Below are positions 36,301-48,400 of a stretch of 64,000 nucleotides of DNA, in pieces. A program made the position numbers and the translations under genes. Each line of letters begins with the position of its first letter. Position 1 is the stretch's first letter. Origin of the DNA: Mobula hypostoma (Eukaryota); contig NC_086097.1 of the NCBI RefSeq assembly GCF_963921235.1, positions 239,632,001 through 239,696,000 of the forward strand. Reading direction: 5' to 3'. The notes beneath the pieces are model-generated. The model was not told the origin of the DNA, ran no database searches, and saw only the letters and a list, made by a program, of their open reading frames with translations.

Positions 36301-36949
36301 TCAGAGGAAATTAGCACCTGTGCAAGCAGAAGTTCAGGCAGTTTTGGAAGTACCCACTCCCACTGGTAGAAAAACCTTCAGAAGATTCTTGGGTATGGTG
36401 GGATATTACAGAAAATTTTGTAAGGATTTTGCAAAAATTGCTCTTCCATTAACTAATCTCTTGAAGAAAAATGAGAAGTTTGTTTGGACAGAGTCTTGTC
36501 AGGAGGCATTTGATAAATTGAAAGCTATAATATGTCGTCAACCTGTACTTAACGCTCCTGACTTTGAAAAACCATTTTCGTTAGCTGTAGATGCTAGTGA
36601 TGAAGCTGCAGGAGCAGTGTTGCTTCAAAAAGATGATGGTGATGAAGTTGATTGTCCGGTAGCTTATTTTTCCAAGAAATTTAATGCCCATCAAAGAAAT
36701 TATTCAACAATAGAAAAAGAATTGTTATCTCTTGTTTTAGCTTTGCAACATTTTGAAATGTATGTTGGTTCTACGCATAAACCACTCACAGTTTATACCG
36801 ATCACAATCCATTAGTGTTTTTAAGTAAGATGAAAAACAAAAATAGAAGATTATTAAATTGGAGCCTAATGTTACAGGAGTACAATATTTTGATCACTCA
36901 TATCAAGGGTAAAGACAATGTGATTGCTGACTGTTTGTCTAGATGTTAA
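33323..36949 (+). pseudogene. Gmr1-like gag-pol (frameshifts, stops, internal deletion)
   Basis: Gag ...LKAYVMVPEAYRERFR; CCHC CNYCKKPGHVVANC; ILRDTGAS; IN HHCC; RT YIDD; RH LAVDAS...EKELL. Confidence 0.92.
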
Positions 36950-39394
36950 ATGTACAATGAAAATTTGTTTTTTTTTTGAAGTGATATTTTATCATTTGTA
37001 ACACTCCCACTGTACATTAGTTTGTAAAGGGCTGAAAGATAAGATTATATATATTGTGTATTTTGTAAATTTTATACCTTTGTATTTTTTTTTTGTATAA
37101 ATTGTTAAATCTTCAAGAGACCAAAATTTTTTTTTGGGAGGAAGGTGTTACATGCTCAAGGAGATCTGTTTTTTTTTGTGAGAATGCTGTCATGGTCTTT
37201 TGGAGGTCACCTGATGTGATTTTCCCGCCGTTGTGAGGTCACGTGATGACATGTGCCCCGTGACTATATAAGGGTCGATTCAGGTGACGCAGTGGGTTTT
37301 TGAGTTTGTAGATTTCCAGGTAGAACATGTTGTGCCTCCGTTTCTGTTGCGTGTTTGTTTCTGTGACGCAGTTTCATTTTTAAAACGGAAGGTGCATTCT
37401 CTTACAAGATATTGTATTTGCACTGGAAATTTGTGGCTGTAAGTGCCAATTCACTCAATTCCGACAGTTTGAAGGGAGAGTGAAGAATTCATCGAAGTGA
37501 AGGATCGAGAGAAGTCGGCATTGTTTGGCAGTTTAATAAAGGATCGACCTTATTGAGTCTTCGTTGAAGAGAACCTTTATTGAGATAACTCTTGCAATAG
37601 CGCAATGAGTTCATGTACAAAAGCTCTCTCTCTCTAAAAGGAATTTAAGGTCAGTCGATTTAAACTGTTTATTTTCGGCATCGGGAATCCTGTGGACAGA
37701 ACCGGCAGTAAAGGTGCGTCGGTGAAGAAATCGTTCTCCAGAGAAGTCTCTTCCAATTGAATGTGTAAAACTGTTGGACTTTCGAAGTTATCGCTTTAAG
37801 AACTATATCTGACTGTATCGCTTTAAGAACTGTTTTCGCATTTAACGCTTTAAGAACCAGAGCCGAGTGGAGTTGATGAACTGCTGCGTACCTGTTTAAC
37901 CTCCAGTTAAAGTTTTCCTTTTTGTTTTCTTTTCCCTTATCGCTTATATGTGTTTAATAAATGTTTGGTTGTTTTCATAAAACCTGTCTCGATTAATATT
38001 CATTGTTGCCGGTTACGTAGCAAATTGTACATCAGAGATTTGGATTATGGAATGGATGGCTTTGTGGCTAAGTTTGCTGATGATACAAAGATAGGTGGAG
38101 GGGCCGATAGTGCTGAGGAAACAGAAAGTCTGCAGAGAGACTTGGATAGATTGGAAGAATGGGCAGAGAAGTGGCAAATGAAGTACAATGTTGGAAAGTG
38201 TATGGTTATGCACTTTGGCAGAAGAAATAAATGGGCAGACTATTATTTAAATGGGGAGAGAATTCAAAGTTCTGAGATGCAACGGGACTTGAGAGTCCTT
38301 GTACAGGATACCCTTAAGGTTAACCTCCAGGTTGAGTCGCTGGTGAAGAAGGCAAATGCAATGTTGGCATTCATTTCTAGAGGAATGGAGTATAGGAGCA
38401 GGGCTGTGATGATGAGGCTCTACAAGGCGCTGGTGAGACCTCATTTGGAGTACTGTGCGCAGTTTTGGTCTCCTTATTTAAGAAAGGATGTGCTGACATT
38501 GGAGAGGGTACAGAGAAGATTCACTAGAATGATTCCGGGAATGAGAGAGTTAACATATGAGGAACATTTGTCCGCTCTTGGACTGTATTCCTTGGAGTTT
38601 AGAAGAATGAGGGGAGACCTCATAGAAACATTTTGAATGTTAAAAGGCATGGACAGAGTGGATGTGGCAAAGTTGTTTACCATGGTGGGGGAGTTTAGTA
38701 CGAGAGGGCATGACTTAAGGATTGAAGGGCGCCCATTCAGAACAGAAATGCGAAGAAATTTTTTTAGTCAGAGGGTGGTGAATCTATGTTGCCACGGGCA
38801 GCAGTGGAGGCCAAGTCATTGGGTGTATTTAAGGCAGAGATTGATAGGTATCTGAGTAGCCAGGGCATCAAAGGTTATGGTGAGAAGGCAGGGGAGTGGG
38901 ACTAAATGGGAGAATGGATCAGCTCATGATAAAATGGCAGAGCAGACTCGACGGGCTGAATGGCTGACCTGCTCCTTTGTCTGATGGATGTAGAATTTTA
39001 AATTGAATCAATGAACGGCCAGCACAAATTGAAGAAAAATTAACCAACTTCAAAATCCGCATCCAATCCTCTGTCATAAAAGTCAAATTGAGTTCCCTTT
39101 CCCAATCCTGTTTAATCTTAGATAAAGGACGCTTATCCCATTGTAATAATAAATTATAAATTCTTCAAATAGAACCCCCACGGTTCATACTTAAAATACT
39201 ATCTAACAGATCAGTCTCCAATATATAAGGAAAATTACTTAAATATTTTGGTAAGAAATGTCTAACTTGAAGGTATTTCAAAAAGTGTGAATATGAAAGA
39301 GAATATTTATCAATTAATTGTTCAAAAGACATCAATCTGTCATCTTTATATTATTTATCTTTCAATCTATCAATCCAAAAAAGAATTAATACCT

Positions 39395-42300
39395 TGTGGC
39401 GACCCACTTTCTGACACCCACGAACCGGCTCACGAAACAGCGCGCGCAGGCAGAGGGCGGGCAGCAAAAAGGGCGGGAACGGGAAGGCTTTAAAAGTGGG
39501 CCGCGAAGTTTGAATAAACCTCTTTCATCGCAACTCCAACTCACCGACTCCGTGTGGTTATTCTAGCTCTGTGTGTAGCACACCGCTACAGTTGGTGACC
39601 CCGACGGCCCAAACGATATTTGGACCAGAGATGACCGACGCTGCATCTGTTCACGCAGTTTCGTTGGAACATCCAGGCTTCTGGACGCTGCGACCCCATT
39701 TGTGGTTCGAACAAGCAGAAGCACAATTCCACATTCGGCAGATAACCTCGGAGTCCACTCGCTACTACTACGTGCTGAGCTCCCTCGACCAGGAGACTGC
39801 TGCACAAGTTGAGGAGTTTATACAGTCGCCCCCGGAGGACGGCAAATACACAGCGTTCAAAGCCCTGCTCATAAGGACTTTCGGACTCTCACGGCGCGAA
39901 CGAGCACACCGCTTAATGCACCTGGATGGTTTGGGAGACAGGCCGCCGTCAGCATTAATGAACGAGATGCTGGCCCTGGCTGAAGGACACAAACCCTGCC
40001 TCATGTTTGAGCAGGCGTTCCTAGAGCAACTGCCCGAGGACATATGCCTGCTGCTGTCCGACGCAGATTTCAGCAACCCCCGGGAGGTGGCGGCCCGAGC
40101 AGATGTGCTGTGGAATGCCAGGAAAGAGAGAGGGGCATCCGTCGCACAGATCACCAAGCCGCGTGCCCAACGACAGACCAGACCGGGCCCGGCAGCAGAG
40201 CCTACAAAACCCGGCGACGGGAGTGAGGAGCCCAACGAACAATGGTGTTTCTACCACCAGCGGTGGGGCACGGAGGCCCGCCGCTGCAGACCGCCCTGCA
40301 AATTCCCAGGAAACACCAAGGCCCAACCGCTGCCAATCGCTACGGCGGCTGGCCATCAGGACAGCCTCCTGTACGTCTGGGACAAGCAGTCGAGACGCCG
40401 CTTTTTGGTCAACACTGGAGCGGAGATCAGCGTCTTACCTCCAACGAATTACGACACCCGCAACAGAGAACCGGGACCCACCCTGAGAACCGCTAATGGC
40501 AGCACAATACGAACCTACGGCACCTGCACTGTGCGGCTACAGTTCAGCTCCAGCCGGTTCACGTGGGACTTCACACTGGCCGCCGTGGCCCAACCACTCC
40601 TGGGGGCAGATTTTCTACGAGCCCACAGCCTGCTGGTCGACTTGCAAGGGAAGCGATTAGTCCACGCCAAGACTTTTCAAACGTTCTCCCTGGGTGAAGC
40701 ACAGTTGCCAGCCCCACACCTGGACTCCATCACACTGTCCGACGATGAATTCACCAGGGTCCTGGCGGATTTCCCATCAGTACTGACACCGCAGTTCACG
40801 GCAGCCATGCCCAGACACGGAGTACAGCACCACATCCCGACCCAGGGACCACCCCTCCACGCCTGTGCTCGAAGGCTTCCCCCGGACAAGCTCCGACTGG
40901 CGAAGGAGGAGTTCAAGAAGATGGAGGAATTGGGGATCATATGACAGTCCGACAGCCCATGGGCCTCCCCCCTTCACATGGTGCCCAAGGCAACGGGGGG
41001 CTGGAGACCATGCGGTGACTATCGCAGACTGAACGAGGCTACAACGCCAGACCGCTACCCTGTGCCGCACATTCAAGACTTCGCAGCAAACCTACACGGC
41101 GCAAGGATCTTTTCCAAGGTAGACCTCGTCCGGGGATACCATCAAATCCCGGTACATCCGGACGACATCCCCAAAACAGCACTTATCACCCAGTTCGGAC
41201 TTTTCGAATTCCTCCGAATGCCGTTTGGTCTAAAGAATGCCGCACAGACTTTCCAGCAGCTAATGGACGCGGTGGGACGCGACCTGGACTTTGCATTCAT
41301 CTATTTGGACGACATCCTCATAGCCAGCAGTAGTCGGCAGGAGCATCTGTCCCACCGCCGCCAGCTCTACTCCCGCCTGAGTGAATTCGGCCTTACAATC
41401 AACCCAGCCAAATGCCAGTTCGGACTCGACACCGTCGACTTCCTGGGCCACAGGATTACTAAAGACGGGGCAACCCCGCTGCCCGCCAAGGTAGACGCGG
41501 TCCGCCACTTCCCCCGACCCAACACAATCAAAGGCTTGCAGGAATTCGTGGGTATGGTGAATTTCTACCACCGTTTCCTCCCCTCAGCAGCCCGAACCAT
41601 GCGCCCCTTGTTCACTCTAATGTCGGGTAAGGGCAAGGACGTTACCTGGAACGAAGAGGCCGCAACCGCTTTCGTTAAAACCAAAGAAGCCTTGGCAAAC
41701 GCCGCGATGCTAGTGCACCCCAGAACGGACGTTCCTACTGCCCTCACAGTGGACGCATCCAACACAGCGGTCGGTGGAGTGCTGGAACAACTCATCGAGG
41801 GTCGCTGGCAACCCCTGGTGTTCTTCAGCAAACACCTACGACCACCCGAACTCAAATACAGTGCGTTCGACCGGGAGCTATTGGCACTATACCTGGCAAT
41901 CCGGCATTTCAGGTACTTCTTAGAAGGTAGGCCCTTCACCGCGTTCACAGACCACAAACTGCTTACCTTTGCATTCACTAAGGTGTCCGACCCCTGGTCG
42001 TCCCGCCAGCAGCGACATCTGTCCTACATCTCCGAGTACATGACGGACATCCGGCATGTCTCTGGAAAGAACAATGTCGTGGCAGAAGCACTTTCCAGAC
42101 CGACCATACAGGCCCTGTCCCAGTGGGTGGACTATGCAGCGCTGGCAGAGGCACAGCAGGCAGACGCTGAGATCCCCAGTTACAGGACTGCAGTCTCCGG
42201 TTTGCAGCTCCAAGGCCTCCCCGTAGGCCCAGGTGAGAGGACCCTACTATGTGACGTAGCTACCGGCCAACCCCGCCCCGTCGTCCCAGCAGCCTGGCGC

Positions 42301-43593
42301 CGGCGGGTTTTCAAATCCATTCACAACTTAGCGCACCCCTCCATCAGGACAACCGTCCGGCTGGTCTCCAACAGGTTCGTGTGGCATGGGCTTCGTAAAC
42401 AGGTCAGTGAATGGGCCAAAACATGCATGCAGTGCCAAACGGCCAAGGTGCAGTGGCACACCAAGGCTCCACCGCAGCGGTTCAAACCCACCCGCCGGAG
42501 GTTCGACCATATTCATGTGGATATCGTGGGGCCCCTGCCAGCGTCACGAGGAGCGCGGTACCTCCTAACTATGATAGACCGGTTCACCAGATGGCCAGAG
42601 GCAGTCCCGCTCAGCGACACCACCTCCGAATCCTGCGCCCGAGCACTGATCGCAACCTGGGTAGCCTGCTTCGGGGTACCGGCCCACATTACCTCCGACA
42701 AGGGCTCCCAGTTCACCTCCAGCCTGTGGTCAGCTATGGCCAGACTTTTAGGAACACAGCTACACCACACAACTGCCTACCACCCACAGTCGAACGGACT
42801 AGTGGAGCACTTCCACCGTCACCTGAAATCGGCTCTCGTGGCCCACCTGGAGGGGCCTAACTGGGTGGACGAACTTCCCTGCGTCCTGCTCGGAATCCGC
42901 ACGGCGCCCAAAGAGGATCTACACACCTCGTCGGCTGAGTTGGTGTATGGCGCGCCCCTGGTCGTCCCAGGAGAGTTCATACCAGCCCCAAGGGGGCAAG
43001 AGGAAGAACCCACAGCAGTCCTGGACAGACTACGGGAGAGGCTCGGTAACCTGGCCCCCATACCCACTTCACAGCACGGACAGAGCCCGACCTGCGTACC
43101 CAAAGACCTGCAGAACTGTAAGTTTCTTTTTGTACGACGGGGCGGACACCGGGCACCGCTACAGCGACCCTACGAGGGGCCGTTTAAGGTGATCAGCAAC
43201 AACGGGTCCACGTTCGTGTTGGACATTGGGGGGAGAGAGGAGGTTTTCACGGTGGACCAACTCAAACCGGCCCATGTGGACTTGGCGCAACCGATCCAGG
43301 CTCAGGCACAGCGGCGCAGGGGCAGACCTCCCAAACAGAGGCCGATCCAGACTGTGGACATTGGGGGAGGTATCGCCGGTTCTGGGGGGGGGGGTTATGT
43401 GGCGACCCACTTTCTGACACCCACGAACCGGCTCACGAAACAGCGCGCGCAGGCAGAGGGCGGGCAGCAAAAAGGGTGGGAACGGGAAGGCTTTAAAAGC
43501 GGGCCGCAAAGTTTGAATAAACCTCTTTCATCGCAACTCCAACTCACCGACTCCGTGTGGTTATTCTAGCGCTGTGTGTAGCACATCGCCACA
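39395..43593 (+). mobile_element. Ty3/Gypsy LTR retrotransposon, full length (GC-rich family, copy 2, short LTRs)
   Basis: 196-bp LTRs 39395-39590 and 43398-43593; TSD ACCT; Trp PBS; poly-G PPT. Confidence 0.97.
39631..43569 (+). pseudogene. Gypsy gag-pol, single frame with one premature stop (TGA 40942-40944) and protease D>N
   Basis: ORFs 39571-40944 and 40978-43569 are in the same frame; copy 1 has CGA at the stop position and DTG instead of NTG. Confidence 0.94.
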
Positions 43594-43718
43594 ACCTTCA
43601 TTTTCCCAAAGTAAAAAAATTGGATCATTCAAAGAAGGCTTAAAAAAGTAATTTCGATAATATTACGGAACTGGTGCCAAATTAGTAAAGAATGCTTATT
43701 CACAGGGATCTGCTAGCT

Positions 43719-43866
43719 CTTCTTTCAGTTAGTCCTGACGAAGGGTCTCGGCCCGAAACGTCGACTGTACCTCTTCCTAGAGATGCTGCCTGGCCTGTTG
43801 CATTCACCAGCAACTTTTATGTGTGTTGCTTGAAATTCCAGCATCTGCAGATTTCCTCGTGTTTGC
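43719..43866 (+). mobile_element. Penelope-like terminal repeat alone (148 bp), inserted in the L1
   Basis: Matches about 6575-6720; L1 rejoins across it with GCT duplicated. Confidence 0.85.
43731..43766 (+). ncRNA. Minimal type-I hammerhead ribozyme motif, best-preserved copy
   Basis: AGTC-CTGACGA-A-GGGTC-TC-GGCCC-GAAA-CG-TC/GACT; predicted cleavage after 43762. Confidence 0.8.
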
Positions 43867-44767
43867 GCTTAATCGCAGGGTATAGGTTTAAATTAGCAAC
43901 TTCAGCTAGTTGTACAGTTAAAGCAACTCCCAATAACAAGGTTAAATATTACTGTTTCACAGCTTTCAGTTCCAGGTCTACCCAAATTGGCTGATCGTTC
44001 TTATCAACCCAATATAACCAAAGGACATGTATCGCACATTAATAGCCCAATAATACATTCTTAGATTAGACAAAGCAAGACCTCCATCCTTTTTCAACTT
44101 TTGTAAGTGGCATTTGCTAATTCTTGGTCTTTTATTATTCCAAATAAAAGATAAAATAATAGAATCGATCCGATCAAAAAACTTCCTAGTCAATAAAACA
44201 GGGATATTCTGAAATAAATATTAAAAATTTGGTAAAATCATCATTTTAACTATATGAATATGACCAACAAGTAAAAATGTAAGTGGACTCCATCTACTAA
44301 ATAAATATTTCATAGAGTCTACTAAGGGAAAAAAATTGGCTTTATAAAGATCCTTATATTTTTCAGTATTTATATCACCTAAATATTTAAAAGAATCCGT
44401 GACTTTAAAAGGAGTATTATCATATGTAAAGACAGAATCATTTAAAGGAAACAATTCATTTTTACTGAAATTTATTTTGTATCCTGAAAAATCATCAAAT
44501 TCATTGAATAATTTTAGCAAGGCAGGAATAGATTTGTCAGGATTAGATATATAAACCAATAAATTGTCAGCATAAAGAGAGATCTTATGCATGGTCTCAT
44601 TCAAAAAATCCCATGGATATTTTTAGCTTCACGAAGAGCAATAGCAAGGGGTTCTAATATAAACTAAATAACAAAGGACTTAATGGACAACCTTGCCTTG
44701 TCCCCCGTGAAAGCCGAAAAAAAGATCTACAGTTATTAGTGACAACAGTAGCAATACAGTAGCAATA

Positions 44768-45491
44768 ATGTGAGGAGTCACACTCACGTCCCCATCTACA
44801 TCAGCGGAGCTGTAGTGGAGCGTGTATCAAGCTTCAAATTCCTTGGTGTCCACATTTCCGAGGATCTCACCTAGTCCCTCCATCCTGATCAAAAAGGCAC
44901 AACAGCACCTTTATTTCCTGCGGAGCATGAAGAAAGCTCACCTCTGACCCAGGATACTGATGGACTTTTACCACTATACCATTGAGAGCATACTCACCAA
45001 CTGCATCTCAGTGTGGTATATCAATTGTCCCGTATCGGACCGCAAAGCACTCCAGCGGGTGGTGAAAACTGCCCAGCGGATTATCGGCACCCAATTGCCC
45101 ACCATTGAGAACATCTACCATAAACGCTGCCTGGGCAGGACGAAAAGCATTATCAGGGATGCATCTCATCCTAACCATGGACTTTTTACTCTCCTCCCAT
45201 CCGGTAGGCGCTACAGGAGCCTCCGCTCCCACACCAGCAGGCACAGGAAGAGCTTCTTCCCTGAGGCTGTGACACTGCTGAACCTCTCATCACAGCGCTA
45301 AGCAGTATTGCACCCATATTGTACTGTCTCAGTACTTTCATATTTGTGTACTGTAGCACTTTTTTATTCGCAGTTACTTTGTAAATAACATTATTCTTTG
45401 CATTTCTGGTCAGATGCTAAATGCATTTCATTGGCTTTGTATCTGTGCTCAGCACAATGACAATAAAGTTGAATCTAATCTAATCTAATCT
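44768..45491 (+). mobile_element. Rex1/Babar-type LINE 3' fragment inserted in the L1
   Basis: ORF 44960-45301 (FYHYTIESILTNCISVWY...LLPSGRRYRSL); (AATCT)n tail; AATA at both junctions. Confidence 0.9.
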
Positions 45492-46336
45492 AATAGGAGC
45501 TTTATATATCATTTTAATCCAATTATTAAAATTAGCACCAAAGCCAAATTTCTCCAAAACATTAGATAAATATTTCCATTTGACTCGATTGAACGCTTTT
45601 TCAGCATTCAAAGATACAACACATTGTGGAGTTTTAAAAGAGGACAAATATATAATATTAAATAGTCTCCGAACATTTGAAAAGGAATAGCGACCCTTTA
45701 TAAAGGCTGTTTGATCTTTAAAAATAATTTTACCCAAAATATTCTCCAACCGATTGGCCATTATCTTTGACAGAATCTTAGCATCGACATTCAGTAATGA
45801 AATAGGTCTGTATGAGGCACATTCAGAAGGAGCTTTATCTTTTTTAAGAATTAAAGAAATAGAATCCTCATAAAAAGTAGAGGGTAAATCACCTTTCACA
45901 AAAGAATCCTGAAACATTTCCAACATATACGGAGAAAGCAACTTTCCAAATTGTTTATAAAATTCTACAGGATAACCATCAAGTCCTGGGGCCTTACCAG
46001 ATTGCATTGAAAAAATTGCTTTATGAATTTTGGCTTCAGTAATTTGGGCATCAAGAGTTTTTTTGATTCTCAACAGAAATTTTAGAAAAAGCGATCTTTC
46101 GTAAAAAAAAAGCATTCATTTCAGAAGAATCTACTGGACATTGAGATTTGTAAAGTTCAGTATAAAAATCTTAAAAAATCTTATTAATTTCTTCATATTC
46201 CTGAGCCAAGGTACCATCTTTCCTACAAATTTTCAAAATTTGCCTTTTGGCTCCAGCCATTTTTAATTGGGATGCAAGCAGTTTATTATTTTTATCTCCA
46301 GATATAAAACTGGCTTTTTAACTTAAGCAAATAGAC

Positions 46337-46702
46337 TTCCCCTTTTCGCTCTCTCTGTTTTCTCTGTCTGTCCCTCTCACAATAACTCTTTGCCTGCTAT
46401 CCATCTTCCTCTGGTGCTCCCCTCTCTCTTTCTTTCTCCCTTGGCCTCCCGTCCCATGATCCTCTCCCTTCTCCAGCCTTGTATTCCTTTTGCTAATCAA
46501 CTTTCCAGCTCTAAGCTTTTTCCCTCCCCCTCCTGACTTCTCCTATCATTTTGGATCTCCCCCTCCTCCTCCCACTTTCAAACCTCTTACTATCTCTTCT
46601 TTCAGTTAGTCCTGACGAAGGGTCTTGGCCCAAAACGTCGACTGTACTTCTTCCTATAGATGCTGGCTGGCCTGTTGCATTCACCAGCATTTTGTGTGTG
46701 TT
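46337..46702 (+). mobile_element. Penelope-like 3' end, right part; hammerhead at 46608-46643 carries G12>A
   Basis: Pyrimidine-rich UTR and terminal repeat, colinear with 6254-6680. Confidence 0.85.
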
Positions 46703-46714
46703 ACCTGTGCAAGA

Positions 46715-46794
46715 GTACTGTGCAAGGGTACTGTGCAAGAGTCTTGGGTACATATATATCACTAGGGTGCCAAAGCCTTTTGCACAGTTCTGTA
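46715..46794. mobile_element. Very small Tc1/mariner-type MITE
   Basis: GTACTGTGCAAGAGTCTTGGGTAC versus GTGCCAAAGCCTTTTGCACAGTTCTG followed by TA; 13-bp unit repeated at the left end. Confidence 0.65.
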
Positions 46795-48014
46795 CTTATC
46801 AATGTGGAACAGAGAGTAAGTTTGTAAAGCTGGTGGGAGCAAAAGATGCTGGGAATGGCAAGGCCATGGGAGTGGTGTGGGATTGGTGGCAGAGAGGAAG
46901 TGCCAGGTGTGGGGGTTGGTGCAGGTGCAGTCACATCCAGTCCTGAGACACTAGGCAAAGTAATCTGATTCCAAACAATTGGTTTATTGATCATTGCAGA
47001 ATGTTTGTCTGGTGCTTCTCACTCCCTTCCCTCTTCCTTCCCCTTTTCCAAACTCTGATTCTCCCCGCTCTGCCCATGTTCCCACTCTCAGTCCACAATA
47101 GAAATACTTATCAGAATCAGGTTTATCATCACTCAGATATGCAATGAAATTTGTATTTGTTTGCAGCATCAGTAAAGTACAAAATGTAACATACTGTAAG
47201 GTTTCACTGCTAATGTAATGGCTTCTCTGTAATGTTCCACTGCTGAGGTAATGGTTTCTCTGTAGCAGCAATGTTTGGGTTATGACTAGAGATAACGGGG
47301 CATGCTAGCCCATGAGCGGGGTGCTGTTCTTTCTTGTGTGTCTGGGAGCAGGGAAGTCGCGCTCTTCTGCCAGGGAGTGATGAGGAGCGAAGATGTGAAT
47401 GGAGAGAATTGGTAGACCTCCAACGGAGTGGACTTGGAGCAAGGGTCCGAAGGTCAGCGATGATCAGAGGAGGTCGATGGTGGATGAACGGCCTTATCAG
47501 TGAGTTCCAACTTTGCGCATTAGACTGTTTCATAAGAATGGGCCCTTTTTCTCTGGAATCAACCTGGTGGAGAGAGTCGGCAAAGATTTAGTAGATTGAT
47601 TCCGGGGATGATGGATTTTTCAGGTTTGATTAAGCAGACTGGATCTTAAATCCAGCTTGAAAGAATGAAGGGTGAATTTATTGAAACATACAAAATTCTT
47701 GAGGGTTAGCTGGATAGATTTGTACTGAGATTATCACTAGATGGGGTGTACAGAAATAAGGGTCAGATTATCAAAATAAGACGGCTGTGGAGGCTCAGTC
47801 ACTGACTATATTTTGGACAGAAAGGGAAAGATTACGAGATTTTCAAGGAACCAAAGAACATAGAGTTAAAGTAGGAAATTGGTGCTGAGGGAAGAATCAA
47901 CTGTGATCTTATTGAATGCCGTAAAAATGGCCTTGTCTTATTTCAAGTTCTAATATTCAAAGTAATTTTATTATCAAATTACATAATGTATATGTCACCA
48001 TCTACTACCCCGAT

Positions 48015-48400
48015 TGGGGCAGGTGGGGCTCATCAGCCTTGGACGGCAGCTGCCTAGGAGAAGGAAAACTCTGATTTTAAACTTTCGCTGCCTTGTGGCC
48101 ATATGCATCCATGAGAATGGTTTCGGGAGTAAACCCCAAGGAAGAAATTCAGAGCTGGGGCCCCTAAGGCAATTTGATGTTGCTTACAACTTCACTCTGG
48201 CAACCTCTGCAACGACACTGGAGCCAAGCTGAATATGTGCTTGCCCTTCCCATGGACTACATTAGTGACGTGGAGAGGGGGAACCTGCTGCGTGGGCAAC
48301 ACCCGGTTCTTCAAATCTTCCCGCCCAGGCTTGCGCCCTGGAGAGGGCACAGTCCACCAGAGGCACAAACCCATGATCCCCTGGGATCAACGGCTGCCTA
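48015..48400 (+). mobile_element. Interspersed repeat, probably RTE-related (reverse copy at about 62270-62440)
   Basis: GGCAGCTGCCTAGGAGAAGGAAAACTCTGA present in both copies; family assignment from recall. Confidence 0.55.

Larger units (their letters stand above)
31324..38022 (+). mobile_element. Gmr1-like Ty3/Gypsy LTR retrotransposon (PR-IN-RT-RH order), integrase core deleted
   Basis: LTRs 31324-33188 (contains a CR1) and 37146-38022; TSD CATT/AATT; tRNA-Pro-like PBS; PPT GGGAGGAAGG. Confidence 0.93.
31128..38986 (+). mobile_element. CR1 LINE (31128-31323 and 38023-38986) split by the Gmr1-like element
   Basis: VTSGVPQGSVLGPLLF joins to YIRDLDYG..KFADDTK; GAT duplicated at the L1 junctions. 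Confidence 0.92.
30373..46336 (-). mobile_element. L1-clade LINE, 5'-truncated; pieces at 30373-31127, 38987-39394, 43594-43718, 43867-44767 and 45492-46336
   Basis: KAPGLDGYPVEFYK, YRPISLLNVDAKIL, ISLYADNLL, FKYLG, KKDGGLAL.NLRMYYWA, CDRC...HMFWSC; AATAAA and A-rich end; imperfect TSD TTCCCC(CC)TTTT. Confidence 0.9.

Noticed and set aside
37950..38636. LTR-CR1 fusion ORF (228 aa) as a chimeric gene
   Set aside because: Non-ATG start and chance read-through from the Gmr1 3' LTR into the CR1 it interrupted
25679..43593. Two Gypsy copies as a segmental duplication or assembly artefact
   Set aside because: Different TSDs (AGCT versus ACCT), flanks, LTR lengths and lesions show independent insertions
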